Assembly (NCBI GenBank): GCA_965231215.1
Contig: OZ246423.1
Span: 416,571-480,570, forward strand
DNA: 64,000 nt
Source of the DNA: Candidatus Altimarinota bacterium
Lineage (GTDB): Bacteria; Patescibacteriota; Gracilibacteria; UBA4473
Direction of reading: 5' to 3'
Of the stretch, positions 43,898-52,704 are shown piece by piece. Both the position numbers and the translations under genes were made by a program. Position 1 is the stretch's first letter, and each line of letters starts with the position of its first letter. The notes under the pieces were generated by a model, which saw only the letters and a program-made list of their open reading frames with translations, did no database searches and was not told the DNA's origin.

Positions 43898-44866
43898 TTA
43901 TGGTAAAGTTCTCTGATCAAAAACATCACCAAACAGTTCATCAAACTTCATAGAAAAAGGTTTACAAAAAAGCTGTGTACAACGATTGGTTAAAACCTCC
44001 GGCCAAACCCCATTGTATTTAACAGAGTGCTGAAAACTTAGTCCAGCAAGAAGGAGGAAACAAAAACCAATAAACAACCCCTGAACTAAATTTCTTACCC
44101 CTTTTTCTTCACAGTACATAAAAACAACTTCCATACACTGTACAAAGAAATAAGCGGCAAAAAAGCTATAATTTTCATTAATAAAAAGCCTAAAAATAAA
44201 AAACAGCAAAGATATCTGAGTCACAAATAAAATCCTATAAATTCTTTTGGCAGGAATCGTAGCCGGATCGGTAAACCCAAAAAACATTTGGATAAAAAAG
44301 CTCCCCGTTAAATACAAAATCAATAAATCTTCCCAGCTATAAGTAGTAAAGAGATTGAGCCAGACAAAAAAGCTCACAAAAAAAGCAATTACCGCATCCA
44401 TAAACCCAACCCGCCACATCACAATACTTCCTAAAACAGAAATAGCGGTTAAAACCTTCCAATCACTTCCCCACTGCAACGGATTAGTAAAAGCCACGTA
44501 AGGAAATAAGGCAATAGTCAGTAAAATAGCCGAATAAGAAGGATTTAAAAAGTGCTTTCCTCTAAAACGCACAAAGTGCTTAGAAAAAATAGTCATAAAC
44601 GCGGCAAAAGCATACAACCAAGGATTAGCCGTCCGCAAAAACAAACAAATACCAATCCCCGAATTCACGGCTGAAAACGGAAAGGCTTTTTTACCTGTAG
44701 CCGCGTACTTAAAAATAAAATCTAAACTCAATATAAGACTAAGAACAATAAAAATCTCAGTCCAATCAATGTCTACATAACCGAAATATTTACCTCCTAC
44801 CAAAAGGAGCGAACCAATGGCAAAAGTTTGTAATAATTGTGGATTAATATTTTTAAAAGCAATCAT
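43898..44866 (-). CDS. polytopic membrane protein, RnfD/NqrB-like candidate
   Basis: Track ORF of 322 aa with about 8-9 TM segments. GKHFLNPSYSAILLTIALFP resembles the ...FNPA... block of the NqrB/RnfD family, and FFGFTDPATIP resembles its TDP.T.P block. The assignment is tentative. Confidence 0.5.
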   Translation of the reverse strand: MIAFKNINPQLLQTFAIGSLLLVGGKYFGYVDIDWTEIFIVLSLILSLDFIFKYAATGKKAFPFSAVNSGIGICLFLRTANPWLYAFAAFMTIFSKHFVRFRGKHFLNPSYSAILLTIALFPYVAFTNPLQWGSDWKVLTAISVLGSIVMWRVGFMDAVIAFFVSFFVWLNLFTTYSWEDLLILYLTGSFFIQMFFGFTDPATIPAKRIYRILFVTQISLLFFIFRLFINENYSFFAAYFFVQCMEVVFMYCEEKGVRNLVQGLFIGFCFLLLAGLSFQHSVKYNGVWPEVLTNRCTQLFCKPFSMKFDELFGDVFDQRTLP

Positions 44867-44940
44867 AATAATTTAATACTAGGGAAATCATAATAATTAT
44901 TTTAACAAAATTATGAAAATGATATATTAAATATAATCCA

Positions 44941-46209
44941 ATGCGCAAAAAATTAAACCAATTCATTGAAGCCTACAAAAAGGGCTTCTGCATCGAAGAA
45001 ATTGAAAAAGACCGTGTCTTGCAATGGACCTTTGGCGCCTTTATCTTTGGATTATTTTTAAACTTCAATACCTGGGTGGGTAATGGTAGATTTACCAAAG
45101 AAGCTGTGGATGATTTCGGACACGTATGCTGGCCTTATGCCCAAAACTGTGAAGTTTTTGGCTTCCTTTCTGCACTTCCTTACGGCTATACCCAAAACAT
45201 GTGGTTTATGGGGTTATTTGGGCTTCTAGCACTGGCCGTTTATTTCATGTACCAAAAAAAGTGGCACTATGCCCAAATGATCGTTTTAATATGCCTCCTT
45301 TGGAAGGCGCTTATTACCTTTACCTCTATGTGGCATACCGGTAATTATGAATATTATCTCATTGTATTTGGGCTCATTTTGCTGTGTTTTCCACACAAGC
45401 TTTTCTTTTTGAAGTTTAGTTTGGTGCTTTTTTACTTCCTTTCCACCGCTGCCAAGATCAATGATAGCTGGATTTTAGGAAGCTACTTTACCGCTCTAAA
45501 AACAGGTTTGCCAATATTCCCCGATAGCACCATTCCCTTTTGGACAAATCTAGTGATCCTTATGGAAATGATTTTTGCGTGGTTCTTACTGGGACCAAAC
45601 ACAAAATTCCGAAAACTGATTTTTCTCTTCTTTGTAGCCTTCCATTTGTATTCAGGAATATTGGTAGGTTTCCGGTATCCAGCAACCGTCATGCCTATGC
45701 TGTTAATTCTATTTGGCCCTTGGTACAAACACACGTTACCACCAACAGGCTTAAAAACCCTTCCTGGATGGATTTTAGTCGGCCTTTTATGTTTAGGGCA
45801 GGCCTGGTCACACTTTATCCCAGGAGACGAGAGACTGACACTTGAAGGGAACTTCTACGGTCTGTATATGTTTGAAGCCAATCACCAGTGCTTTTCTACG
45901 CGAACCATCTACTACAAAGATGAAACGGAACCCCAAAAAGGTCAAAGAGTAAGCTTTACTTCACGAGGACGGTGTGATCCATACCGGTATTGGTTTCGGT
46001 TCAACAAGCAGTGTGAAAAAGAGACAAATATCAAGCGTATCGAGTGGACCTTTGACCATTCTATCAATGGACATCCATTCTATCGAATTGTCGATACTCC
46101 AAACATTTGTGATCTTGAATATAAACCTTTCACCAAAAATAATTGGATCAAAACCCCTGATACTGGTGCTGAGGTCGTAGGTTATCCAGGAAAAAACTAC
46201 TATTATTAA
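44941..46209 (+). CDS. polytopic membrane protein, HTTM-like candidate (paralog c)
   Basis: Track ORF of 422 aa with the same conserved blocks (CWPYAQNC, PHKLFFLK, GLPIFPDS, FHLYS, IPGDERLTLEGNFYGLYMFEANHQC, RCDPY, DHSINGHPFYRIVDTPNICDLEYKPF, VGYPGKNYYY). Confidence 0.6.
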   Translation: MRKKLNQFIEAYKKGFCIEEIEKDRVLQWTFGAFIFGLFLNFNTWVGNGRFTKEAVDDFGHVCWPYAQNCEVFGFLSALPYGYTQNMWFMGLFGLLALAVYFMYQKKWHYAQMIVLICLLWKALITFTSMWHTGNYEYYLIVFGLILLCFPHKLFFLKFSLVLFYFLSTAAKINDSWILGSYFTALKTGLPIFPDSTIPFWTNLVILMEMIFAWFLLGPNTKFRKLIFLFFVAFHLYSGILVGFRYPATVMPMLLILFGPWYKHTLPPTGLKTLPGWILVGLLCLGQAWSHFIPGDERLTLEGNFYGLYMFEANHQCFSTRTIYYKDETEPQKGQRVSFTSRGRCDPYRYWFRFNKQCEKETNIKRIEWTFDHSINGHPFYRIVDTPNICDLEYKPFTKNNWIKTPDTGAEVVGYPGKNYYY

Positions 46210-46210
46210 A

Positions 46211-46393
46211 ATGGACAATTTTACTATCTACACAGAACCCGTTATCCAATTAATTCCCATGCAGGTATGGATAAAATCTTACTGGCATATTATCTACCCA
46301 CTCTGGTGGAGTATCTTTGCAACCGTAAGTTTGGTAGTAATTTATGTATTTTTAATAGAGCCGTATTTAAAAACAAAGGGTAAAAAGCCGTAA
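46211..46393 (+). CDS. small membrane protein with WWS motif
   Basis: Track ORF of 60 aa that starts 1 nt after the stop of paralog c. Its TM is PLWWSIFATVSLVVIYVFLI, and it resembles the product of 33930..34154. Confidence 0.5.
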   Translation: MDNFTIYTEPVIQLIPMQVWIKSYWHIIYPLWWSIFATVSLVVIYVFLIEPYLKTKGKKP

Positions 46394-46402
46394 AAATCAC
46401 AT

Positions 46403-46451
46403 AAAAAAACCCTAAAACCTTTAAGGGAAACCAGGAAATTCATTCCTTTTT
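46403..46451. terminator. pair of weak hairpins between convergent genes (candidate terminators)
   Basis: The hairpin ccctaaaacctttaaggg (46410-46427) is preceded by an A7 run, which gives a U-run on the minus strand for prfA. The hairpin aggaa-attca-ttcct (46433-46447) is followed by tttt on the plus strand. Confidence 0.3.
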
Positions 46452-46461
46452 CAACCTTCTC

Positions 46462-47526
46462 TCAGGCCTGCTCCATCAGGTTTTTTTGATCCTCAATGGC
46501 CAACGCCTCCACAATTTTCCCAATATTCCCATCCAGAATCCCCGGAAGATTGGAAAAGTTCTGCCCAATTCGGTGATCAGTCACTCGATCTTGTGGAAAG
46601 TTATAGGTTCGGATTTTATCGGATCTATCCCCTGAGCCAATCTGAGCCAGACGAGTTTCTCCCAGTTCTTTTTGTTTTTTCTCTGCTTCCATTGCATGTA
46701 ACCGAGCTCGAAGAACACTGAAGGCTTTGTCTTTATTTTTGTGTTGAGACTTTTCATCCTGACACGTCACTACCAACCCCGTTGGCACATGAGTAAGGCG
46801 AACGGCAGAATCTGTAGTATTTACAGACTGCCCTCCACATCCTCCAGAACGAAATACATCTACCCGCACCTCCGCTGGGTTAATCTCAATCTCGGCTTCC
46901 TCTACTTCCGGCATAACCACCACAGAAATAGCTGAAGTATGAACTCGCCCTTGAGATTCCGTGGTAGGAATTCGTTGAACCCTATGAACTCCAGATTCAT
47001 ATTTAAGTTTTCCATACGCCCCAAAACCTTCTACTCGAAAAATCATTTCCTTTATGCCGCCTCCTTCATTCGTTGAATCTGACATGATTTCAACTTTAAA
47101 CTCATTAATTTCTGCAAACCGTAAAATCATTCGGCTTACTTCTTCAGCAAACAAGGCGGCTTCATCGCCTCCAACCCCGGCACGAATTTCTACTATACAC
47201 GACTTTTCATCATTAGGATCGGTTGGGATCAAAGCGACTTTAAGCGCTTCCTCCACTTCTGGGAGCTTTTCTTTGGCTTCTTCTAATTCTAACTTAGCCA
47301 TTTCTAACATTTCTGGATCCTTCTCTGTAGCCAAAATTTCGGCCGCATCTTTTTTTTGTTGAGCACACTTTAAGTATTCCTGGGCGATCTGCGCTTTGGG
47401 TTCTAAAGACTTTCTTTGTTGTGAAAGCTTCACAAAACGCGATTGATCACTAAAAACACTCGGATCAGAGAGTTCTTTTTCCAAGGCCTCAAAGTCTTTC
47501 ACAACCTTTTGCGCTTTACCTTCCAT
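46462..47526 (-). CDS. prfA: peptide chain release factor 1
   Basis: It has the GGQ motif ([20 protein letters not shown]) and [14 protein letters not shown], the RF1-type PxT tripeptide region, in 354 aa. Confidence 0.93.
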   Translation of the reverse strand: MEGKAQKVVKDFEALEKELSDPSVFSDQSRFVKLSQQRKSLEPKAQIAQEYLKCAQQKKDAAEILATEKDPEMLEMAKLELEEAKEKLPEVEEALKVALIPTDPNDEKSCIVEIRAGVGGDEAALFAEEVSRMILRFAEINEFKVEIMSDSTNEGGGIKEMIFRVEGFGAYGKLKYESGVHRVQRIPTTESQGRVHTSAISVVVMPEVEEAEIEINPAEVRVDVFRSGGCGGQSVNTTDSAVRLTHVPTGLVVTCQDEKSQHKNKDKAFSVLRARLHAMEAEKKQKELGETRLAQIGSGDRSDKIRTYNFPQDRVTDHRIGQNFSNLPGILDGNIGKIVEALAIEDQKNLMEQA

Positions 47527-47571
47527 TTCGAGCCAGATAGTACAAAACCATATCTAAAAATCAAATAATCA

Positions 47572-47599
47572 TTGACACTCCAATAGGCTCGCCTAAACT
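47572..47599 (+). promoter_or_regulatory. candidate promoter TTGACA-16-TAAACT for the leader/DAHP synthase transcript
   Basis: The -35 element ttgaca is at 47572-47577 and taaact is at 47594-47599. The predicted start lies only a few nt before the leader ATG at 47612. Confidence 0.4.
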
Positions 47600-47611
47600 C
47601 AGACACAACAG

Positions 47612-47668
47612 ATGCAAAAATTTTTTTACGGATTCTTTTACTTTTGGTTCAACCGCGGGTTGGCATAG
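47612..47668 (+). CDS. aromatic-rich leader peptide (18 aa) of a putative transcription attenuator
   Basis: My translation is MQKFFYGFFYFWFNRGLA*, in which 9 of 18 residues are Phe/Tyr/Trp and lie between codons 4 and 13. It sits directly upstream of a terminator-like hairpin and a DAHP synthase gene. Confidence 0.55.
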   Translation: MQKFFYGFFYFWFNRGLA

Positions 47669-47700
47669 TAAGACGTAAAAAAAAATTTAAATCTTTATGT

Positions 47701-47730
47701 GCCGCCCAGACCAAAGGACGGCTTTTTCTT
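47701..47730 (+). terminator. attenuator terminator upstream of the DAHP synthase gene
   Basis: The stem gccgccc (47701-47707) pairs with gg.cggc (47716-47722), allowing one mismatch, and is followed by tttttcttt. An alternative helix pairs 47657-47665 (gggttggca) with 47700-47707 (tgccgccc) and would sequester the 5' arm. Confidence 0.5.
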
Positions 47731-47741
47731 TATAAAAATAA

Positions 47742-48791
47742 ATGATTATGAGTTACACCGTAGAAAAATCACTCCCTTCTGCTTCTCAAGTTCTAGCAGC
47801 ATTACCCTTAGATCAAGCCTCCATTGATCAAGTAGCCAAAGATCAACAAGAAATCAAAAACATTATTGAAGGCAAAGATCCACGAAAAATTATGGTCATT
47901 GGCCCTTGTAGTGCCTGGCCAGACAAAGCCGTCATTGAATATGCCGCAAAACTAGCCCCAGTCGCCAAAAAAGTAGAAGACAAGTTCAAGATTATCCTCA
48001 GAACTTACCTCCAAAAACCAAGAACCACTGTCGGGTGGCTTGGCCCCGTAAATCAACCAGATCCATTTACTGAACCAGATCTAGAAAAAGGCACTTATTA
48101 TTGTCGCTCCATGATGATAGAAGCCCTCAAAGAAGGGTACGCACTAGCCGATGAAGCACTCTTCACGCATAATGATTCTTACTTTGTAGACCTGCTTAGT
48201 TGGATTGCCATCGGCGCTAGGTCAGCCGAAGACCAAGAACACCGAATTTTCGCCTCAATGATCTCTCAGCCTGTAGGGCTCAAAAATCCAACCTCAGGGA
48301 ATATCAAAATCGGTATTAATTCTATTGTTGCCGCTCAACACTCACATACATTTGCCTTCCATGGAAAACAGATCAAGACTTCTGGAAACCCACATGCTCA
48401 TCTTATTCTCCGAGGCGGCAACGCTACCTCAAATCACGGATATGAATTTTTGCTAGAGGCCAGTGAAGGGCTTCAAAAGGCTAAAGTACAAAATCCAAGT
48501 ATCATTGTAGACGCCAGTCACGATAACTCCATTTGCTCAAAATCTGGACAGAAAGATCCAAACCTTCAGCCTCAAATCATTGAAGAAATTCTGGAAAGCA
48601 TGAACCAAAACCAACTAATTGGAAAAACCGTTAAAGGATTCATGGTAGAAAGCTTCCTCCTTGAAGGAAAGCAAGACGCTACCAAGGCACATTCAGCCGA
48701 CAAACTCGAATACGGAAAATCCATTACGGATGGATGTTTGGGATTTGAACATACAGAAGAAATGCTCCTAAATCTTGCTTCAAAAATCTAA
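47742..48791 (+). CDS. aroG: 3-deoxy-7-phosphoheptulonate (DAHP) synthase, class I
   Basis: It aligns by eye with E. coli AroG along its length: KIMVIGPCSAWPDKAVIEYA, LQKPRTTVGWLGPVNQPD, SWIAIGARSAEDQEHR, ILRGG, IIVDASHDNS and YGKSITDGCLGFEHTEEML. The isozyme type is unknown. Confidence 0.9.
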   Translation: MIMSYTVEKSLPSASQVLAALPLDQASIDQVAKDQQEIKNIIEGKDPRKIMVIGPCSAWPDKAVIEYAAKLAPVAKKVEDKFKIILRTYLQKPRTTVGWLGPVNQPDPFTEPDLEKGTYYCRSMMIEALKEGYALADEALFTHNDSYFVDLLSWIAIGARSAEDQEHRIFASMISQPVGLKNPTSGNIKIGINSIVAAQHSHTFAFHGKQIKTSGNPHAHLILRGGNATSNHGYEFLLEASEGLQKAKVQNPSIIVDASHDNSICSKSGQKDPNLQPQIIEEILESMNQNQLIGKTVKGFMVESFLLEGKQDATKAHSADKLEYGKSITDGCLGFEHTEEMLLNLASKI

Positions 48792-49360
48792 GACTCTTTG
48801 AGGTGTTTTCTGATTTCTCTCAAAGCCCGAAGCTGAAGGATTCTAATATTTCCTTCAGTTTTTCCGGTAATTTTGGCAATTTCTTTATTAGAAAATCCTT
48901 CCAAAAATTTTAATTCCAAAATTTCTCTATGCAGGGGTTTAACCTTTTTCAAAGCCTTGTAGAGCCATTGGTAATCAAGCTCATTATTGGTGACTTCATC
49001 GGGCTTTAGGTTCGTTTCATCCGGCAGGTTCAGAAAAAAGTTTTCAGTTGCTTCATCCTCTGATCCAACCATATCTTTTTTACGTCTATAATGGTCTATC
49101 ACGCTATTATGAGCGATACGGTATATCCACGCTCCAAACCCTACCCCCACTTGTGATTCATATTTAGGCAGGTTCTGCACCAACTTCAAAAACACATCCC
49201 CCACAAGGTCTTCACATTCATGAGCCTCGACCCGGAACCCAACATAACGATAGATGCGTTCAAAGTAGGCGTCAAATAGCAGTGAAAAGCTTTTCTCATC
49301 GCCTTTCTGTGCTTTGGCAACCCAAACTTCAATCTGAGACTTTTGTGGGTCGGGTCTCAT
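48788..49360 (-). CDS. ECF-type sigma-70 family RNA polymerase sigma factor
   Basis: It has region 2 (FERIYRYVGFRV...DVFLKLVQNL...WIYRIAHNSVIDHYRR) and a region 4 HTH (EILELKFLEGFSNKEIAKITGKTEGNIRILQLRALREIR). Its 3' end overlaps the convergent DAHP synthase gene by 4 nt. Confidence 0.85.
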   Translation of the reverse strand: MRPDPQKSQIEVWVAKAQKGDEKSFSLLFDAYFERIYRYVGFRVEAHECEDLVGDVFLKLVQNLPKYESQVGVGFGAWIYRIAHNSVIDHYRRKKDMVGSEDEATENFFLNLPDETNLKPDEVTNNELDYQWLYKALKKVKPLHREILELKFLEGFSNKEIAKITGKTEGNIRILQLRALREIRKHLKES

Positions 49361-49403
49361 AATTTTATTATTAGGATATCTAACCTATAGACAAACTATA
49401 AAT

Positions 49404-49856
49404 CTAGTTTTTTTGTGACAAATAAAATTCCAATATTTTCGCCGCTGCCAGATCGTCTATCCTGGTTTCAGTATTATTTTCAAACGCTTTAGAAGAATAC
49501 TGCTCATTTACAAAGTGGCCTTCTACTCCATATTTTTGAGCGTAACTTTCAGCTATTTTACGAATCTTGAGACATAGGGTATTTTCCTTCCCTGAAACCG
49601 ATAGAGGAAGACCAAACAATAAATGTTGAATTTCTCTTGCCGGAACCACATGGCTCAAAACTGTATCCAACTCAGAAGTTCTTACCACTTGGAGTGGCAG
49701 AATAACCATGCCATCAGGACTAAACGCCAGCCCCGTAAATTTAGTTCCATAATCAACAGACAAAATATGAGTCTGTGAAACACTCATCCTTTCTTGATTT
49801 TGGATTTCTAAGTTGAGCTGTTCCCGTTTACTGAGTTTTTTCACCATCACCTTCAC
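49404..49856 (-). CDS. ruvX: YqgF/RuvX-like Holliday junction resolvase family nuclease
   Basis: It shows ILSVDYGTKFTGLAFS, the RNase H-fold YqgF signature, and a C-terminal IDDLAAAKILEFYL, in 150 aa. Confidence 0.75.
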   Translation of the reverse strand: MKVMVKKLSKREQLNLEIQNQERMSVSQTHILSVDYGTKFTGLAFSPDGMVILPLQVVRTSELDTVLSHVVPAREIQHLLFGLPLSVSGKENTLCLKIRKIAESYAQKYGVEGHFVNEQYSSKAFENNTETRIDDLAAAKILEFYLSQKN

Positions 49857-49859
49857 ACA

Positions 49860-51638
49860 CTACTCTATTGAGATTTCCGTTTCAACGGCTTCTGGCCTCT
49901 CTGCCTCTACTACCTCTGGAATAGTCCGTTCTTTTCCATGCCACAGCCACACAAAGAAACCGGCTATTTTTGACTGATTTTCTGGCCAGTCCCAATCAAG
50001 CTTGGTTTCGAAATGCCATTTCTCACTATGGGTAAAGCGATGCGGCAATCCACGCATAATTCCATGATGCTCTCTAAACCCTTTTAGTTTTTTGGAAACC
50101 ATCAAATCATATTTAGGCGTTGCAAAGATAAGCGCAGGCAGGAGTTCATCCAATTCATCCTGAAGCGCTTGATAATCTAATTGCGCTCCAGAAAATCGAA
50201 TCTCATCAATCAAAAAATCAATATCATCTCGGGTCAGGTTAGAAAGGTTAAACTTCCCACTCTGAGACGAATGCCACACCGACAACATATCAAAATTATT
50301 AGAGAAATTCTGACCAAAAAGCACCAAATCATAATCCCGTTCTTGCAGTGTTTTCTGAAAATTTTCTGGTTCTAATACTTCCAAATCTATATCAATATCT
50401 AACTCTTGTTCCCACACATTTTTTAACTTCTGGGCAAAACGAGAATAAACTGCTGGAGTTGTAGACGTAATCATCTGAACCTTAGCCGGCGCGTCTGCCT
50501 CCCCAAAGGTTCGAACCTCCTGCTGTTTGTCATACCTGAACCCGTTATCACGCAGCAATCTTCGGGCTTCACTATAATCAAAAAATGGAGGATACGCCTG
50601 AACATTATTGTTAAAAAAAGAATACCTTTGTTCTTGCCAATCTTCTTCCAGGATACTGGCTATGGGCAAAGCGTGTGCCAAAGCTTGCCTGAATTTAGGT
50701 TGTGAAGGAATCGCTTTATCAAGGTTAAAAAACACCCCCACAAAACGCGGCAGTTTATAACTATATCGGTTATATTCTTGATAGAGTTCTGGTTCTACTT
50801 GGTCAAATTCTCCAAGCTTCAACCGAGTAAACATCGTCGGCCACGTATGATTAAAGATTAATGGTTCAGAAGAGGCATACACATAAAAAACCATCTGTTC
50901 AATAAATGGTTTCCCCAGGTGGTAGTGAGGATTTGGCTCTAAGAACACTCGATAAAACCGTTTATCTTCCGGAATAATATTTTTAACCCGGAATGGCCCA
51001 GCCCCCACTGGACGACGGTTGAAGAAAAAATCAGGATCTAAAACCTCCTCAATTAATGCATTTTTGAAGTACGATTTAGGCAGAATAGGCAGCGTCAAAA
51101 GGCTTGGGAAAAAGATATTCTGTTCTGGAAGTTTAAAACTAATAGTGTGGGCATCCACCACATCAATCTCAACGTACTCAAAAGCTTGAGAGAGATTTTG
51201 GTTTTTAAAGTTAGGGTTTTGAAGTAGGGTTTCATAGGTGAACAAAACATCCGCAATATCAATATTTTCTCCATCAGAAAACTTGACCCCATCTTTTAAA
51301 ATCACTTCATAGGTTTTCCCTCTATCACTCACCTGTAGGGTCCCCAAATGATCTTCAATTTTTTCGGTAAGAGGGTTATATCGAAGGAGCCCCCCAAATA
51401 CCAATCCCTGAATATCTCTATCTACAAACGTGCTATTCTCAGCCAAAGGATTGAGGTTGTACACCGATCCCACCGTAGCCTCCGTATAAATCCCTCCAAA
51501 ATCTGGCACAACTTTACTATGATCTAAAAAGAACTGCTGCCAGAGGACTCTCAGCAAAATAGCTAACACCACTACTGCCACACCTCCAAGGATACGCCAA
51601 CGGAGTTTAGACCAACGAGGCCAACGTCTTTTTCTCAT
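49860..51638 (-). CDS. membrane-anchored family-5 (peptide/nickel type) ABC substrate-binding protein, orphan
   Basis: Track ORF of 592 aa with an N-terminal TM (ILGGVAVVVLAILLRVLW). The length and blocks (YEVILKDGVKFSDGENIDIADVLFTYE, GAGPFRV) are SBP_bac_5-like. No permease or ATPase genes lie nearby. Confidence 0.65.
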   Translation of the reverse strand: MRKRRWPRWSKLRWRILGGVAVVVLAILLRVLWQQFFLDHSKVVPDFGGIYTEATVGSVYNLNPLAENSTFVDRDIQGLVFGGLLRYNPLTEKIEDHLGTLQVSDRGKTYEVILKDGVKFSDGENIDIADVLFTYETLLQNPNFKNQNLSQAFEYVEIDVVDAHTISFKLPEQNIFFPSLLTLPILPKSYFKNALIEEVLDPDFFFNRRPVGAGPFRVKNIIPEDKRFYRVFLEPNPHYHLGKPFIEQMVFYVYASSEPLIFNHTWPTMFTRLKLGEFDQVEPELYQEYNRYSYKLPRFVGVFFNLDKAIPSQPKFRQALAHALPIASILEEDWQEQRYSFFNNNVQAYPPFFDYSEARRLLRDNGFRYDKQQEVRTFGEADAPAKVQMITSTTPAVYSRFAQKLKNVWEQELDIDIDLEVLEPENFQKTLQERDYDLVLFGQNFSNNFDMLSVWHSSQSGKFNLSNLTRDDIDFLIDEIRFSGAQLDYQALQDELDELLPALIFATPKYDLMVSKKLKGFREHHGIMRGLPHRFTHSEKWHFETKLDWDWPENQSKIAGFFVWLWHGKERTIPEVVEAERPEAVETEISIE

Positions 51639-51853
51639 AAAATTAGTAAAATCACACTAGCCAAGAAACAGGGTTTTTCAATCTTTTTAGAATCTCAATT
51701 TTTAAGCAAATTTCCATACGCAACCTAAAGTTTTAAAAGTGTTTAAAAACGAAGCATTTGAGGAAGTGCTGATTTTTTTGAAATAAGCATATTAAACATA
51801 CGCGTTTAAAAAAACATCTTCACTGACAATGAAATCTAAAGTTTTTAACGCTT

Positions 51854-52066
51854 TTAAAAGATCATGGCATAGATACCACCGATCGAAAACGCCAACGCCA
51901 AGGCTACCGTAGCTTGGTGAAGGATTTTGTCCGCCCCACGCCTTGTTTGCACCAATTCATCACCGCTATCGGCTCCCATCATAGAACCCAGAGACGAACT
52001 TTTTTGTTGCAGGAGGATTACTACAACAAGAAGGACAGATATAGTTGTAAAAAAGATTTGAAACAT
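51854..52066 (-). CDS. secG: preprotein translocase subunit SecG
   Basis: The 70-aa sequence FTTISVLLVVVILLQQKSSSLGSMMG... followed by a second TM is a typical SecG pattern. Confidence 0.8.
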   Translation of the reverse strand: MFQIFFTTISVLLVVVILLQQKSSSLGSMMGADSGDELVQTRRGADKILHQATVALALAFSIGGIYAMIF

Positions 52067-52128
52067 ATTTTTAAAGTTCTGAAGCGGACGGATTTTAGTA
52101 GTTTAAGTACTTTTGGCAAGAAATTTTA

Positions 52129-52515
52129 TTATCTGAAGATATGAATAATCGTATTCACAAACCCAAGCACTAACCCCGCAATTACGTAAATCAACAAATT
52201 ATCTACCTCCAGTTGCACTCCTGGAAATTCAAAAAACGCTAATCCCCAATCAATTCCATAAAGCAGTATCCCGTTAGTAAGAAGGCCTGCCAGCCCTAAA
52301 GTAAAAAATTGAATGGGAATCATTACCACCTTCAAAAGAGGTTTTACAAACGTATTACAGAACCCAAAAATACACGCCACAATCCCGTATCTGTAGATTT
52401 CATCTCCCACAACGGCAAATTGTTCTGGAAGAATATAAGTCTCTAACCCCCACAAAACACCCCCTGTGGTTAGAACATGCAACAAAAATCCCATAACAAA
52501 ACCCATGCTTAACAA
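52129..52515 (-). CDS. 4-TM membrane protein, DUF360 / phage holin superfamily IV-like
   Basis: Track ORF of 128 aa. FGFCNTFVKPLLKVVMIPIQFFTLGLAGLLTNGILLY matches the NalvrPlL..lt.P...lTlGlf....Na pattern of the family. Confidence 0.6.
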   Translation of the reverse strand: MLSMGFVMGFLLHVLTTGGVLWGLETYILPEQFAVVGDEIYRYGIVACIFGFCNTFVKPLLKVVMIPIQFFTLGLAGLLTNGILLYGIDWGLAFFEFPGVQLEVDNLLIYVIAGLVLGFVNTIIHIFR

Positions 52516-52704
52516 TTATCATTTAACAATAAACAATAAGCAATGATTTTTTAATAATTCAATTCATCTTTAATGCCCTTACATGATCTAAAAAGACCGT
52601 TTCAATGAGGTGTTTAAACAGGCTTTTTAGATAGAGGAGTAATTTCGGAGAACTAAAGTTCAATTTACTTGCAAATTGACGACAGTTCTAAGAGAATCCC
52701 GACG

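Noticed and set aside
52516-52704. Leader-peptide attenuator upstream of ilvE, by analogy with the aromatic leader
   Set aside because: The short ORFs in the gap (MIF*, MPLHDLKRPFQ*) are not enriched in Ile/Leu/Val. No terminator-like hairpin precedes the gene.
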